Positions 51,344 through 62,371 are shown, counted from the first letter of the stretch. The stretch is 64,000 bases of DNA from Candidatus Melainabacteria bacterium (GCA_022009935.1 CP091731.1:1222212-1286211); one strand, 5' to 3'. Numbers and translations: made by a program. Notes: generated from the letters alone by a model not told the origin.

Positions 51344-52767
51344 ATGTACAATCCAAAATCAACAAAAGCCAGTGAGTTTATAGACCATCAAGAAATACTT
51401 GAAACATTAAAATATGCAGAAGAAAACAAAAATAATATAGAGCTTATCGACAAAATTCTTGAAAAAGCAAGGCAAAAAAAAGGTTTATCACATAGAGAAG
51501 CGTTATTGTTGTTGGATTGTGAAGATGAAAAGAAAAATGAAGAAATATTTGAGTTGGCAAGACAAATAAAAAAGGATTTTTACGGAAATAGAATAGTTCT
51601 TTTTGCACCTTTATATCTTTCAAACTATTGTGTAAACGGTTGTGTTTATTGTCCTTATCACTTGAAAAATAAACATATACCAAGAAAGAAATTGACCCAA
51701 GAGGAAATCCGAAACGAAGTTATGGCACTGCAGGATATGGGGCACAAACGAATAGCCATTGAAGCAGGTGAAGACCCACAAAATAACCCGATTGAATACA
51801 TTCTTGACTCGATAAAAACAATATATTCAGTTAAAAATAAACATGGAGAAATTCGACGTGTGAATGTCAATATAGCGGCAACAAGCGTTGAAAATTATAA
51901 AAAACTCCACGAAGCAGGTATTGGCACATATATTTTATTCCAAGAAACATATCATAAAGAAAGCTATGAAAAATTACACCCAACGGGTTCCAAAGCACAA
52001 CTATGCATACCACACAGAAGCAATGGATAGGGCAATGCAAGCCGGAATTGACGATGTGAGCTTGGGTGTTTTGTTTGGGCTTGAGTTATATCGTTATGAG
52101 TTTGCAGGGTTGCTTATGCATGCTGAACACCTTGAAGCAACTTATGGCGTTGGACCTCATGCTATTTCTGTTCCGCGGATTAAAAAAGCTGATGATATAG
52201 ACCCCAATGTTTTTGATAATGGGATAAATGATGACACGTTTGCTAAAATCGTTGCTTGCATTCGCATTGCCACACCTTATGTTGGCTTAATCATTTCAAC
52301 ACGTGAAAGCGAACAATGTCGAAAAAGGCTTCTTGAACTTGGAGTTTCACAAATATCAGGCGGTTCAAAAACCTCTGTTGGCGGATATTTTAACCCAATG
52401 CCCGAAGATGAAGACTCCGCTCAATTTGATGTAAGCGATAGACGTCCTTTAGATGACGTTATCAAATGGCTTATGGAACTTGGTTATTTGCCAAGTTTCT
52501 GTACGGCTTGTTACCGTTCCGGAAGAACAGGCGAAAAATTTATGGAAGTTTGCAAAAGTCAGCATATTCACAACTTCTGCCACCCTAATGCCATTTTAAC
52601 CTTGAAAGAATATTTGGAAGACTATGCTAGTGATGAAACTAAAAAAACTCGGCTTGAAACTTATACAAAAGGAACTTCAATCTTTTAATGAAAGCCAAAA
52701 AGTTAAGGATACTGTGGTTGAAGATTTGGTTAAAATCGAAGCCGGACAACGAGACTTTAAGTTTTAG
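51344..52767 (+). CDS. hydG: [FeFe]-hydrogenase maturase HydG (radical SAM tyrosine lyase), two frame changes
   Basis: YLSNYCVNGCVYCPY radical SAM cluster. HydG-specific C-terminal Cys motif FCTACYRSGRTGEKFMEVCKSQHIHNFCHPNAILTLKEYLEDYA. Confidence 0.8.
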
Positions 52768-53151
52768 TTTAATTTAATTTCATTATTCCAAAATTCAAAA
52801 CACTTGCAAAAACAAACCCACAATAAATATGGAATAAGCAATAAAGCTGCTCGTTTTGATACTTTATAAAAAGATATAATATTTAACACTATAAATATTA
52901 AAAGCAACATTATTACAAAAAACTCAATAAAATATTGTGTCTTATAAAAAAAACATAATACCACAAAAAATTCAATAAAATTTGAAACGAGAAGAAAATA
53001 TATCCTGACAATTTGCCTTGCTTTTTGTAAGTATAAAAAATATAAGCGACAAAAATATGAGAAAATATAAAACACTCCAAACAGGTGCAAATATCCCACC
53101 ATTTGGAGTGAAACTTGGTTTTACAAGATTTTGATACCAAATTCTATCCAT
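52764..53151 (-). CDS. tspO: TspO/MBR family tryptophan-rich sensory protein, frame changes
   Basis: MDRIWYQNLVKPSFTPNGGIFAPVWSVLYFLIFLSLIFF... Three overlapping track fragments are all hydrophobic. Confidence 0.65.
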
Positions 53152-53302
53152 ATAAAAATTATTTATTAAGATATAATAAACTACAATAGGCAAGTGGTTA
53201 TATTTTTTGATAATATAAAAAATATTAAACGGTTGAAGTCAAAGTATGTATTGAACTAGGACAAACAGTTGTAATTAGATTAAAGATAAGTTATAATAAA
53301 AA

Positions 53303-53547
53303 GGTAGGGCGTTAAATTCGGTTGAGAGCCGATTTAACATTTAGTTTCTACAATTGTTAATTTTTTAGAGTTTTGATTATCAGTAATATGATAATCAACT
53401 CTATACTATTTTTCTTTGTTAAAAATATTAACAAGATAAAAAATAATAAATCATTAATCATACACCATCCCTCCTTTCTTCATTTTTTATTTAACAAATA
53501 AGATGTAAGAAGAGGAGTTTTTGTGTTTGTAGAAACTAAACCCTACC
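53303..53547. other. 245-nt element closed by a 20-bp inverted repeat, with three internal hairpins (structured RNA or MITE-like element)
   Basis: GGTAGGG (53303-09) plus TTTAGTTTCTACA (53340-52) pair perfectly with TGTAGAAACTAAACCCTACC (53528-47). The left arm is split by hairpin 53311-53338. Further hairpins lie near 53369-53401 and 53470-53517. Confidence 0.5.
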
Positions 53548-53690
53548 TTATAAATCTATTATTAAATTTTGAATGTGCTATAAAATAATTATATCGAAAA
53601 TATGTACAAATGTAAAACAAAATGTGATATAATGATGTGGTGAACAAGCACAATTAAAAATTTTCTTTTATATCTTAGGCTTTCAAAATT

Positions 53691-53779
53691 CGGAGAAAGT
53701 GGGATTTGAACCCACGGTGGAGTTTGAGCCCCACAACGACTTTCGAGGTCGTCACCTTAAACCACTCGGACATTTCTCC
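53691..53779 (-). tRNA. tRNA-Ser (anticodon CGA)
   Basis: GGAGAAATGTCCGAGTGGTTTAAGGTGACGACCTCGAAAGTCGTTGTGGGGCTCAAACTCCACCGTGGGTTCAAATCCCACTTTCTCCG. Long variable arm. Confidence 0.9.
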
Positions 53780-53821
53780 TTATTATTTAATATTATATCT
53801 TAAAAATGCTTATTAAGATAA

Positions 53822-54225
53822 CTAAATAATATTTTCCATTGCTATTTGGATTTTATCTTTTAAACTTTTTTCAAAAAAATTTTTATATTTAAATTTTTTT
53901 GTTTGTTTAAATAACTCCTCTTGTATGTATTTTTCAATATCAAAATCATCATAGACCGTTAAAAGCACTATATCCGGTTTTAAATTTGCAATTTCAAGTG
54001 GAGAAATTTTTTAAACCCAACATCTGTATCAACATTCGGATTTGAAAATTTTTTATCTGCTATCGCTATTATATTCAACTCTGATAAGTCATAATGCTTT
54101 TGTATTGCTTGAAAATATAAACTTGCGCCATATAAAATTATTTTTTTATTCTTGTATTTCTTCTTCAGTTTTATAAATTGCTTTTCATATTTTTCTATAT
54201 GATAATTAATTTGTGTATTTAGCAT
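53822..54225 (-). CDS. hypothetical protein (one frame change)
   Basis: MLNTQINYHIEKYEKQFIKLKKKYKNKKIILYGASLYFQAIQKHY..., then ..PLEIANLKPDIVLLTVYDDFDIEKYIQEELFKQ... Confidence 0.35.
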
Positions 54226-54291
54226 TGTTCCTCTTTTATGTATTTTTCATATTTACTTACAATAAAATCAGTGTTATTGTTAATATAAAAT

Positions 54292-55644
54292 TCACTTTTT
54301 TAATAAAGGTAAATTTTTATTAAAGTATTTATTAAATATTAATCGGTATAAATTGACTAAAGATGTTTCATCTTGATTATATTCCAACTTTTGTTTATCC
54401 GGTGTATAAATAGCAAGTAAGATGTTATGGGCAAATTCTTTTGTTCGCACAAACCCATGATCGCTATGAAGTATTATAATTGAATTTTTTTCATCTTTTT
54501 CATAATTTGTTTTAAATTATTTATTGTTAATTTATTTATATATTTTTGATAAGGTAAATAATATGCAGGATTGGTAAAGTTATTTTCACTATTCAAGTTA
54601 CCTTTTTCATTACAATAGTATGGGGGATGTGGAGCAAGCAAATGTATATAGTGAAAGTTTTTCTTATTTATGTTTAATGGTAATTTTGAATAATGTTCTA
54701 AAGTATTTTTTATCTGACTGGTAAAATTATTACTATACTTTATAAAACAATAGAATAATAATTCAAAAAACTGATTTCCGGTAGTAAAATTTGAAGTATT
54801 TTTAAATAAAAAATTAAAATATTTACTTTTTATAACAGTTTTAACATCATAACCATTTTGCATAAAAAATTCAAAAACACGATTGTTTTTATAAAAAGGT
54901 AATATCATTTCAGGTAAAATAATATTCGTTTTTTCTTTTATTAAATTGTGAACATAATCATAATTTAAAAATGAACTTACAGATAAATTTGTTGTCATAT
55001 AATTACTATAAAAGTTTTCATAAATATTAAATCCCAAATTTATTAAATTTTCTTTAAATTCTAAATCACATAAATCTTTACGACTAAAACCACTGTGTGC
55101 ATCTAGAATAATATGATAAATGTCGGGTGTATCGTCATTATTTATAATAATATTTTTTTATTTTTAATATCATCGGTTTTTAAATGAGTGTTAAATGTTT
55201 TGTGACGTTTTATTGTATCTTGAATAATGATCAAGTTTAAAAAGGCTAGGGTATAAAATCCAATTTTTGAAATGAATGACAAATCAACTTTTCGCAAGAT
55301 GAAAGCTAATAATAAAGAAATAGTAACAGTTATAGAAAAAGTGAGTGCAAGATAAGTTATTTTATTTTTCATTAGGCTTCGTTGATATTTTGAATATAAT
55401 GCAACAAAGATTGTATTAATATTTGTCATAACAAAAATAAAAAAGTCGTTATTAAAGCACTTAAATGTATATTTGAAGTTAGAAGGAAAATAAATGCCAG
55501 AGAAGCTGTAAAGAATAATTCCATAAAAAATAATGTTTTAAAGTAATCTTTCTCACTAATTTCAGTAAGGTTTTGTGCATAAATAGATGTAATATAAATT
55601 AAAACTAAAAGTAACGGGTAAAAAGCAATAAACGACATAATCAT
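54292..55644 (-). CDS. membrane-anchored sulfatase / alkaline-phosphatase-superfamily protein (LTA-synthase-like), frame changes
   Basis: Two hydrophobic N-terminal fragments (55426-55644, 55142-55429), then DIYHIILDAHSGF..., HYIHLLAPHPPYY, IIILHSDHGF. Confidence 0.55.
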
Positions 55645-57036
55645 TTCCTTTTTAACAAATATAATATTCTATCTGATTGATATAGATGTTGTTTTTGTTC
55701 GATATTAAAATATTTAGAAAATTGTAACTCAAAATTTGTTTCACTATAATTTTCAAATATATCTTCTCTAGTTGCCAGCAATATTTTAACTTTTGAATCA
55801 GTTTTGGTACAAATTCGATGATAAGATAATGACATAAATTAGAGAAAAATTCAGCAATGTTTTCAAAAGGTAGATTGTTTGATATTGCAAGATGATGAAT
55901 TAAAGCTAAAGCCATGCCAATATCACATTTAAAACGAGCATTTATGTCATCTCGTTCTTTGTTCATAAAACCGATTGCAGGTGATGGGTTGAGCAAATCC
56001 TGTATTAAGGGCAATATTCTTGGTTCTCGGTTTTCTTTCATTTGTAGATAATTTTTTTCCACTGCTTGAGCATCTATATCCAAAGCTATTGTTGAAATAT
56101 TATTTTTAGACAATAATCTTGAAAAAGTGCCATCATTTGCTCCAAAATCACAACCTTTGCTGATATTTTTATTACTATCAACTATTTGATTAATATAATT
56201 TTCGACTATTTCAAACTTTTGTTTTTGGGATGTTTGTGTGTAGTTTGTATTTGTATAATATTTTCCCCATTCTGTTTTAATTTTTGGGAACTTTAAAGCA
56301 CTAATAGTTGAATATAGAGAGTCAATGAGTGCTTCCAGTTGAATTTTTGATATTTTTTGATTTTTTATATTAATGTTTGAATTAGTTTCATTTTGTTTAT
56401 TAAATTTATTATGCAAAACAAGATGCATAAAAATACCGCTATTGAGCTTTGCTTTAAAAGGTAAAAGCTTGCAACACAAGTCAAGAGGTATGCCATCAAT
56501 GTTAGTTTTTAATAATTGATTTAAAGATATATCTTTATAAGCCATAAGAGCCAAAGGAGCTAAGAAATGTTTACAAAACTGAAAATATGCAATCCAAGGG
56601 CTGCCTTTTTCATATTCTTCAAATGAAAGAGTGTCAATAAAAATAGGCTTACCGTTTCTAAATTGAATATTATATGCATTTGCATCCTTTAAAGTCATTG
56701 AATGTTCAAGGGCAATTTTTGTATTGTAAGAGTACACAATGCAGCATCTTTTAACTGTGAAAAACACCATTCATAAGGATATGTGATATATTCCAATTTT
56801 TCAGGTTTAATGATTTTATACTTATCTTTAGTTATACTATCAGAATTAAATTCTTGACACTCAACATGAGAAACAAGTAATCCTTGATTAACCAATGTGG
56901 TATATAAATTTGAGTTTAATAATTTATCATAATGTTTTTTATATAGATGATTTACTTGTCTATAAATATCATTATTATGCATAAATACAAATCCTGATGG
57001 GTCTTTGTATGAAGTATAATGCATTATTTTATGCAT
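55641..57036 (-). CDS. class I SAM-dependent methyltransferase with N-terminal extension, frame changes
   Basis: GCDFGANDGTFSRLL (motif I), ALDIDAQAV, ALALIHHL. The stop overlaps the next start (ATGA at 55641-55644). Confidence 0.6.
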
Positions 57037-57220
57037 ATTTATCCTTTCTTATTGGTTAGAGCAAAACCAAGTGCGGTTTTTGTCTTATTCAACAACCTTA
57101 AATGTCCTTACTTTTTGTGCTTTTCCCATATTTAGGTAGTAAAAAAACAGATACCTTTGGCAAAACTATAGTAATTAATTTTTAAAATATTTATTTTTTT
57201 TATTTGGAAGAATTAATTTT

Positions 57221-57372
57221 TTAAAGAAATACCCAACGCTTAAAAAACCATCCGATGACAGTTTGCACAATATAACTTCCGGAGCCCGGGTTTATATATG
57301 CATAAGCTTCTTGATTAATCAAAAGACGTAAAGTATTAATAATAAAACCAAAAAATGACAAAACTTATTCAT
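57221..57372 (-). CDS. possible small membrane peptide (frame change)
   Basis: MNKF(L)SFFGFIINTLRLLINQEAYAYINPGSGSYIVQTVIGWFFKRWVFL* is reconstructed across one indel. Weak call. Confidence 0.2.
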
Positions 57373-57522
57373 AGTTTAACTCCTCTCAAATATAGTAACA
57401 TATAAAGCAAACTATAGCAATAAAATGTCCTGTTTCACCAACATGGATTAAGTTAAAAATTGAACATGCGGTAGTCCGTTATAAAAAAATTTAATATGAG
57501 TTTACTCTGGAACATAAAAATT

Positions 57523-57611
57523 CGGAGAGAGAGGGATTTGAACCCTCGGTGAAGTTTGACCCCCACACAGACGTTCCAGGTCTGCACCTTAAGCCACTCG
57601 GACACCTCTCC
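57523..57611 (-). tRNA. tRNA-Ser (anticodon GGA)
   Basis: GGAGAGGTGTCCGAGTGGCTTAAGGTGCAGACCTGGAACGTCTGTGTGGGGGTCAAACTTCACCGAGGGTTCAAATCCCTCTCTCTCCG. Confidence 0.9.
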
Positions 57612-57619
57612 TTGTTTTT

Positions 57620-58565
57620 TTAAATAGCATTTGCACCACTTACAACTTCGTTTATTTCTTGAGTAATGGCACCTTGACGTGCTTTGTTATAGTCAACACT
57701 TAGTTTATATATCATGTCCTCTGCATTTTTGCAAGCTGATGACATAGCTGTCATACGAGAAGCCAATTCAGATGCTGTTGCTTCAAGCAAAGCATGGTAT
57801 ATCATATTTGTAATAAACATCGGAACAACTTTTTGCAAAATAACGTGTTCATTTGGCTCAAATGTCATCAAAGCATCTATTTGTGTTGCTTTGTTTGGTT
57901 TTTGTTCATCGGATTCATTGTTTTCTTTCATTTCGTCTAAGTTCATTGGCAAGATAGTCCAGTCAACAACTTTATATGACATCATATTTTGAAAACGTGT
58001 TGTTATGATTTCAATGTTGTCTATTTTGTTATCAACAAAACAACTTGTCATATCTTCAGCTATAACAATTGCCTGACCTGATGTAGGATTTTGCGGAATG
58101 TTTAGATATTTTTTTTCAATTTCACAATTTAAGCTTTCACACTTGCGACGCAACCCTTGATAACCTTTTTGTCCAACGATAAACAATTTGACTTTAATAT
58201 TTTGTTTATTATATTCTTCAATACGCTTCAAAGTAAAGCGAATAACATTTGCATTATAAGCTCCGGCTAATCCTTTTGAAGAAGTGACAATAAGCATTCC
58301 TGCAGTTTTAAGCTCTCTTGGTTTCAACAACTCAGCATAATTATCCAAAGCTCGTTTCACCTTTAACCCACTCATTGAATATTTGCTTACAGAGCGTAAA
58401 GCCTGCTAAAAACAAACGCAACTTCTTTGGCAAAAGGTCTTGCGGCTTTCACTCGGTTTTCAGCTTTTTTACTTTTGCAGCTGCCACCATTTTCATTGCT
58501 TTTGTTATTTTTTGTGTGTTTTGAATACTTGTTATTCTGTCTTTTATATCTTTTAAATTTGACAT
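57620..58565 (-). CDS. atpG: ATP synthase F1 gamma subunit (one frame change)
   Basis: [36 protein letters not shown]... joined to track ORF 57620-58375 (...[20 protein letters not shown]). Confidence 0.9.
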
Positions 58566-58608
58566 ATTTATTTTAACCTATATTATTTATTCGCCACAAA
58601 AACCCGAC

Positions 58609-60109
58609 TTAAATGAACTTATGTTTTTTCTTTAATGTTTCAATATCTTCGTCATTCATTTTTTCACCGGAATTTAGTTTATCATTAAGTTGAGGCATAT
58701 TGGATTCAAAATAATCAAACCAACATTTTTTAAACTCAGGGATTTTAGTATTTTTTATATCATCTAAAAACCCATTGTTAGCGGCAAAAAGGATAGATAT
58801 TTGTTTTGCGACACTCAATGGTGAATACTGTGGTTGTTTCAAAACTTCAGTTAATTTTTCACCTCGAAGAAGTTGGTCTCGAGTAGCTTTATCCAAATCA
58901 CTTGCAAACTGTGCAAACGCTTCAAGTTCGTGGTATTGTGCCAAATCTAAACGAAGTTGTCCTGCAACTTGTTTAATACCTTTTGTTTGTGCAGCACCAC
59001 CTACACGAGAAACAGAAATCCCTGCATTTATTGCAGGACGTACACCTGAATTAAATAAATTGCTTTCCAGGAATATTTGTCCGTCAGTTATAGAAATAAC
59101 ATTAGTGGGGATATAAGCAGAGACGTCGCCGGCTTGAGTTTCAATAATAGGCAAAGCAGTTATACTTCCACCACCTAATTCATCATTCAGCTTACAAGCA
59201 CGCTCAAGCAATCTTGAATGTAAATAAAAGACATCACCAGGGTAAGCTTCACGTCCCGGTGGGCGTTTCAACAACAAGCTCATTGCACGATATGCTTGAG
59301 CGTGCTTTGTCAAATCATCATATATTATTAAAACTGATTTTCCCTCTTCCATAAACTCTTCGCCAATTGCAACACCCGCAAATGGTGCTATATATTGCAT
59401 TGGAGCCGGTGAGTTCGCAGAAGCGTTCACTATTATTGTATAATCCATAGCATCGTGTTCATTCAACGTTTTGGCTAGTTGAGCAACTGTTGAGTTCTTT
59501 TGACCGATTGCAACATAAATACATATTACATCACGACCTTTTGGTTGATGATTGTGTCAATAGCGATAGCTGTTTTGCCTGTTTGTCTATCTCCAATAAT
59601 CAACTCACGTTGTCCTTTTCCAATTGGTGTTAATGCATCAATTGCAGTCAAGCCTGTTTGAAGTGGCTCTATGTACTGATTTTCTTGTTACAATCCCCGG
59701 TGCAACACGTTCAATGGCTCGAGTTTTTGTATATTCGATATTGCCTTTACCGTCAAGTGCAACCCCTGTTGGGTCAATTATCCTTCCTATCAGGCCTGTA
59801 CCAACCGGTACTGATGCAATTCGTCCTGTCGTTTTTACTTTAGTGCCTTCTTTTATTTCTTTATAATCACCCAAGATTACAACACCAACATTATCTTCTT
59901 CTAGGTTTAACACAAGACCCAAAGTTTTATTTTCATCTTCAAACTCGACAAGTTCACTTTTGCATGGCATCTTTCAAACCATATATTCTTGCTATGCCAT
60001 CGCCTGATTCAAGCACCTGACCTTGTGTGTTTATTTCAACTCGACTTTCATAATTCTCTATTTTTGAACGTATTATATTTGTGATTTCGCTTGGATTTAT
60101 TGTTACCAT
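58609..60109 (-). CDS. atpA: ATP synthase F1 alpha subunit (frame changes)
   Basis: [23 protein letters not shown]..., ...[15 protein letters not shown]..., [13 protein letters not shown] (Walker A region in a shifted frame), ...[19 protein letters not shown]... Confidence 0.9.
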
Positions 60110-60780
60110 TTTTTATATAATCCTTCCTTGTTATATTACATCAAGTCCAATCTTGACACTTCTTCAATCTCTAATTATACTACTAAACCATTGATTTTCT
60201 GTTTTATATAACCCTTCCTTGTTTAATTTTGCTATTGTTTGTTTACTTTTTTGGGGGTTGCAGGGAGGCTTTGCCTCCCCTGCTGTTATAAAATCCGCCG
60301 TAGGAAAGACGCCCGATTGAAATGAGGGCGGATCCCTCAGGCGGAAAAAAGAGTTTGGAATGTTTGTATCTATTTAATTTTTATTTGGTTTATATAACCC
60401 TTCCTTGTTATATTACATCAAGTCCAATCTTGATACTTCTTCAATCTCTAATTATACTACTAAACCATTGATTTTCTGTTTTATATAACCCTTCCTTGTT
60501 ATATTACATCAAGTCCAATCTTGACACTTCTTCAATCTCTAATTATACTACTAAATCATTGATTTTCTGTTTTATATAACCCTTCCTTGTTATATTACAT
60601 CAAGTCCAATCTTGACACTTCTTCAATCTCTAATTATACTACTAAACCATTGATTTTTTTGTTTTATATAACCCTTCCTTGTTATATTATATCAAGTCCA
60701 ATCTTGACACTTCTTCAATCTCTAATTATACTACTAAACCATTGATTTTCTGTTTTATATAACCCTTCCTTGTTATATTA
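60110..60780. repeat. tandem array B: 91-92-nt units (five full, two partial) filling the atpH-atpA intergenic region
   Basis: TATATAAC starts at 60114, 60205, 60391, 60482, 60573, 60665 and 60756. Each full unit carries TTGACA-17-TATACT on the + strand (first copy 60153-60181). Confidence 0.9.
60224..60388 (+). other. 165-nt GC-rich segment (H1 hairpin + module M) replacing most of array-B unit 2
   Basis: H1 GCAGGGAGGC-TTT-GCCTCCCCTGC at 60260-60283. Spacer TGTTATAAAAT. M CCGCCGTAGGAAAGACGCCCGATTGAAATGAGGGCGGATCCCTCAGGCGG at 60295-60344. Confidence 0.7.
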
Positions 60781-61323
60781 CATCAAATTATTCTTTAATC
60801 GTTCATATCTGCTTTTTATACTACCATCAATTATTTTATCATTAGTTTTTATAATTAAACCACCAATGATTGATTTATCAACGGTATAATTTAATAGTAT
60901 TGTCTTTTTAAATTTGTTTTCCAATTTATACTTTAAACGTTCTTTTGTTTCATCGTTTAAAACTATAGCTGATGTTACGCTAACTTTAAGTTTATTTTTA
61001 ATCTCATCATCGAACTCGCAATACCAATGTGCTATATCTTCAAATATATCCATCCGACGTGCTTGAATTAACATTCTTAGAAAATTTAGTGTTTTTTCTG
61101 ATATTTTAGATGCAAAAATTTCACTAATAATTTCTTCAACTTTTTCTTCATTAAATGTTGGATTTATAAGCACATTCTTTAAATCTGAAGATGATTTTAT
61201 TGTTTCATTTATTAAGCTCAAATCATTACGTATAACATCAATATCATTTCCTGCACTTTCAATTAATGCACGTGAATATCGTTTTGCTATTGTTTCATTT
61301 TTATAACTCATGTTTTTCATCAT
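60778..61323 (-). CDS. atpH: ATP synthase F1 delta subunit (OSCP)
   Basis: Intact 181 aa. IAKRYSRALIESA... and C-terminal DKSIIGGLIIKTNDKIIDGSIKSRYERLKNNL. Confidence 0.85.
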   Translation of the reverse strand: MMKNMSYKNETIAKRYSRALIESAGNDIDVIRNDLSLINETIKSSSDLKNVLINPTFNEEKVEEIISEIFASKISEKTLNFLRMLIQARRMDIFEDIAHWYCEFDDEIKNKLKVSVTSAIVLNDETKERLKYKLENKFKKTILLNYTVDKSIIGGLIIKTNDKIIDGSIKSRYERLKNNLM

Positions 61324-61824
61324 AATGATAACCCGTCTATACTATTTATGCATTCATCAATATATTTTTGATGTAATTGTGGATTTTGACTTAGAGTTTG
61401 TTTTATATTTTCATAACTTAATGCTATTGATGCTTTTGATATTGAACTTGTTACATCGTTATATGTATTTTGTACTTCACGGTCAATATCCTTTATTAAC
61501 GTTTTTTCCAAATGGTCTTTTATTTCTTCTAATTCATCTTGAGCTTTTTCTTCAATGTTCTCCAAAGTTTTTTGAGCATTTTTAACTATCATATCTGTTT
61601 CGATATGTACATTCTCCAAACTTTTTTTGCTTTTTTCATATTTTGTTAAAGCAACTTTAACATCATCGTTAGATTTGTTAATTTTTTCAACTATTTTTTT
61701 ATGATTATTATCAATAATACTTTTTTACATCAAGTCTTCTTATAATTAAAGCAATAAAGCCTATCATAATTAGGAAGTTTATTACGTTTGAATGTATTAT
61801 ATTTGTATATGAAAAATCAAACAT
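61320..61824 (-). CDS. atpF: ATP synthase F0 b subunit (one frame change)
   Basis: MFDFSYTNIIHSNVINFLIMIGFIALIIRRL (TM helix), then a charged helix (track ORF 61320-61619). The start overlaps the upstream stop (ATGTTTGA). Confidence 0.75.
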
Positions 61825-62290
61825 TTCTCATTACCTCATCAACTTTATTTTCATCAAATGATATATTGTCAATATTTTCTCCAAGGATTTTTGTTGCAAT
61901 ATAATTGGATAATGATTTAACATCCTCTCGCACATTTTTATATATATCATTTTTTTGGTTTTCTAAGTCATTTTTTGCATTAGTTAATTTATTAGCTATT
62001 TCATTTTTTTTATTTTTTATTTCAACATCTTTTTGGTTTTTCAATTTATCTTTGCCATTTAAAATAATATCATTAGCGTTTTGATTTGCCTTTTGTATGT
62101 TAATATTATGTTGATTAATGCATTCTTTTTCGTTTTGGTTGTGGGTATTAACTTTTGTTTTATTATCATCAAGGAGCATATTACGTTTTTCAATAATATC
62201 ATTAATTGGCTTGTATAATATTTTATTCATAAGCAAAGTAAATATTATAAAGCTAATTGTTGCTATTAAAAAAGTTCCGTTAAATTCCAT
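61817..62290 (-). CDS. atpF2: ATP synthase F0 b-prime-type subunit (second b paralogue)
   Basis: Intact 157 aa. MEFNGTFLIATISFIIFTLLMNKILYKPINDIIEKR followed by a long charged helix. Confidence 0.75.
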   Translation of the reverse strand: MEFNGTFLIATISFIIFTLLMNKILYKPINDIIEKRNMLLDDNKTKVNTHNQNEKECINQHNINIQKANQNANDIILNGKDKLKNQKDVEIKNKKNEIANKLTNAKNDLENQKNDIYKNVREDVKSLSNYIATKILGENIDNISFDENKVDEVMRNV

Positions 62291-62323
62291 TTTATACCCT
62301 TTAACCTTTCATTCTATTTATGT

Positions 62324-62350
62324 GAAAGCAGTTAAAATTAAACTGCTTTC
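62324..62350 (-). promoter_or_regulatory. 10-bp stem-loop between atpE and the b-prime gene (mRNA stabiliser/attenuator candidate)
   Basis: GAAAGCAGTT-N7-AACTGCTTTC, a perfect stem in the 81-nt spacer after the c-subunit gene. Confidence 0.45.
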
Positions 62351-62371
62351 AAGCATAAAAGAACTTTACTA

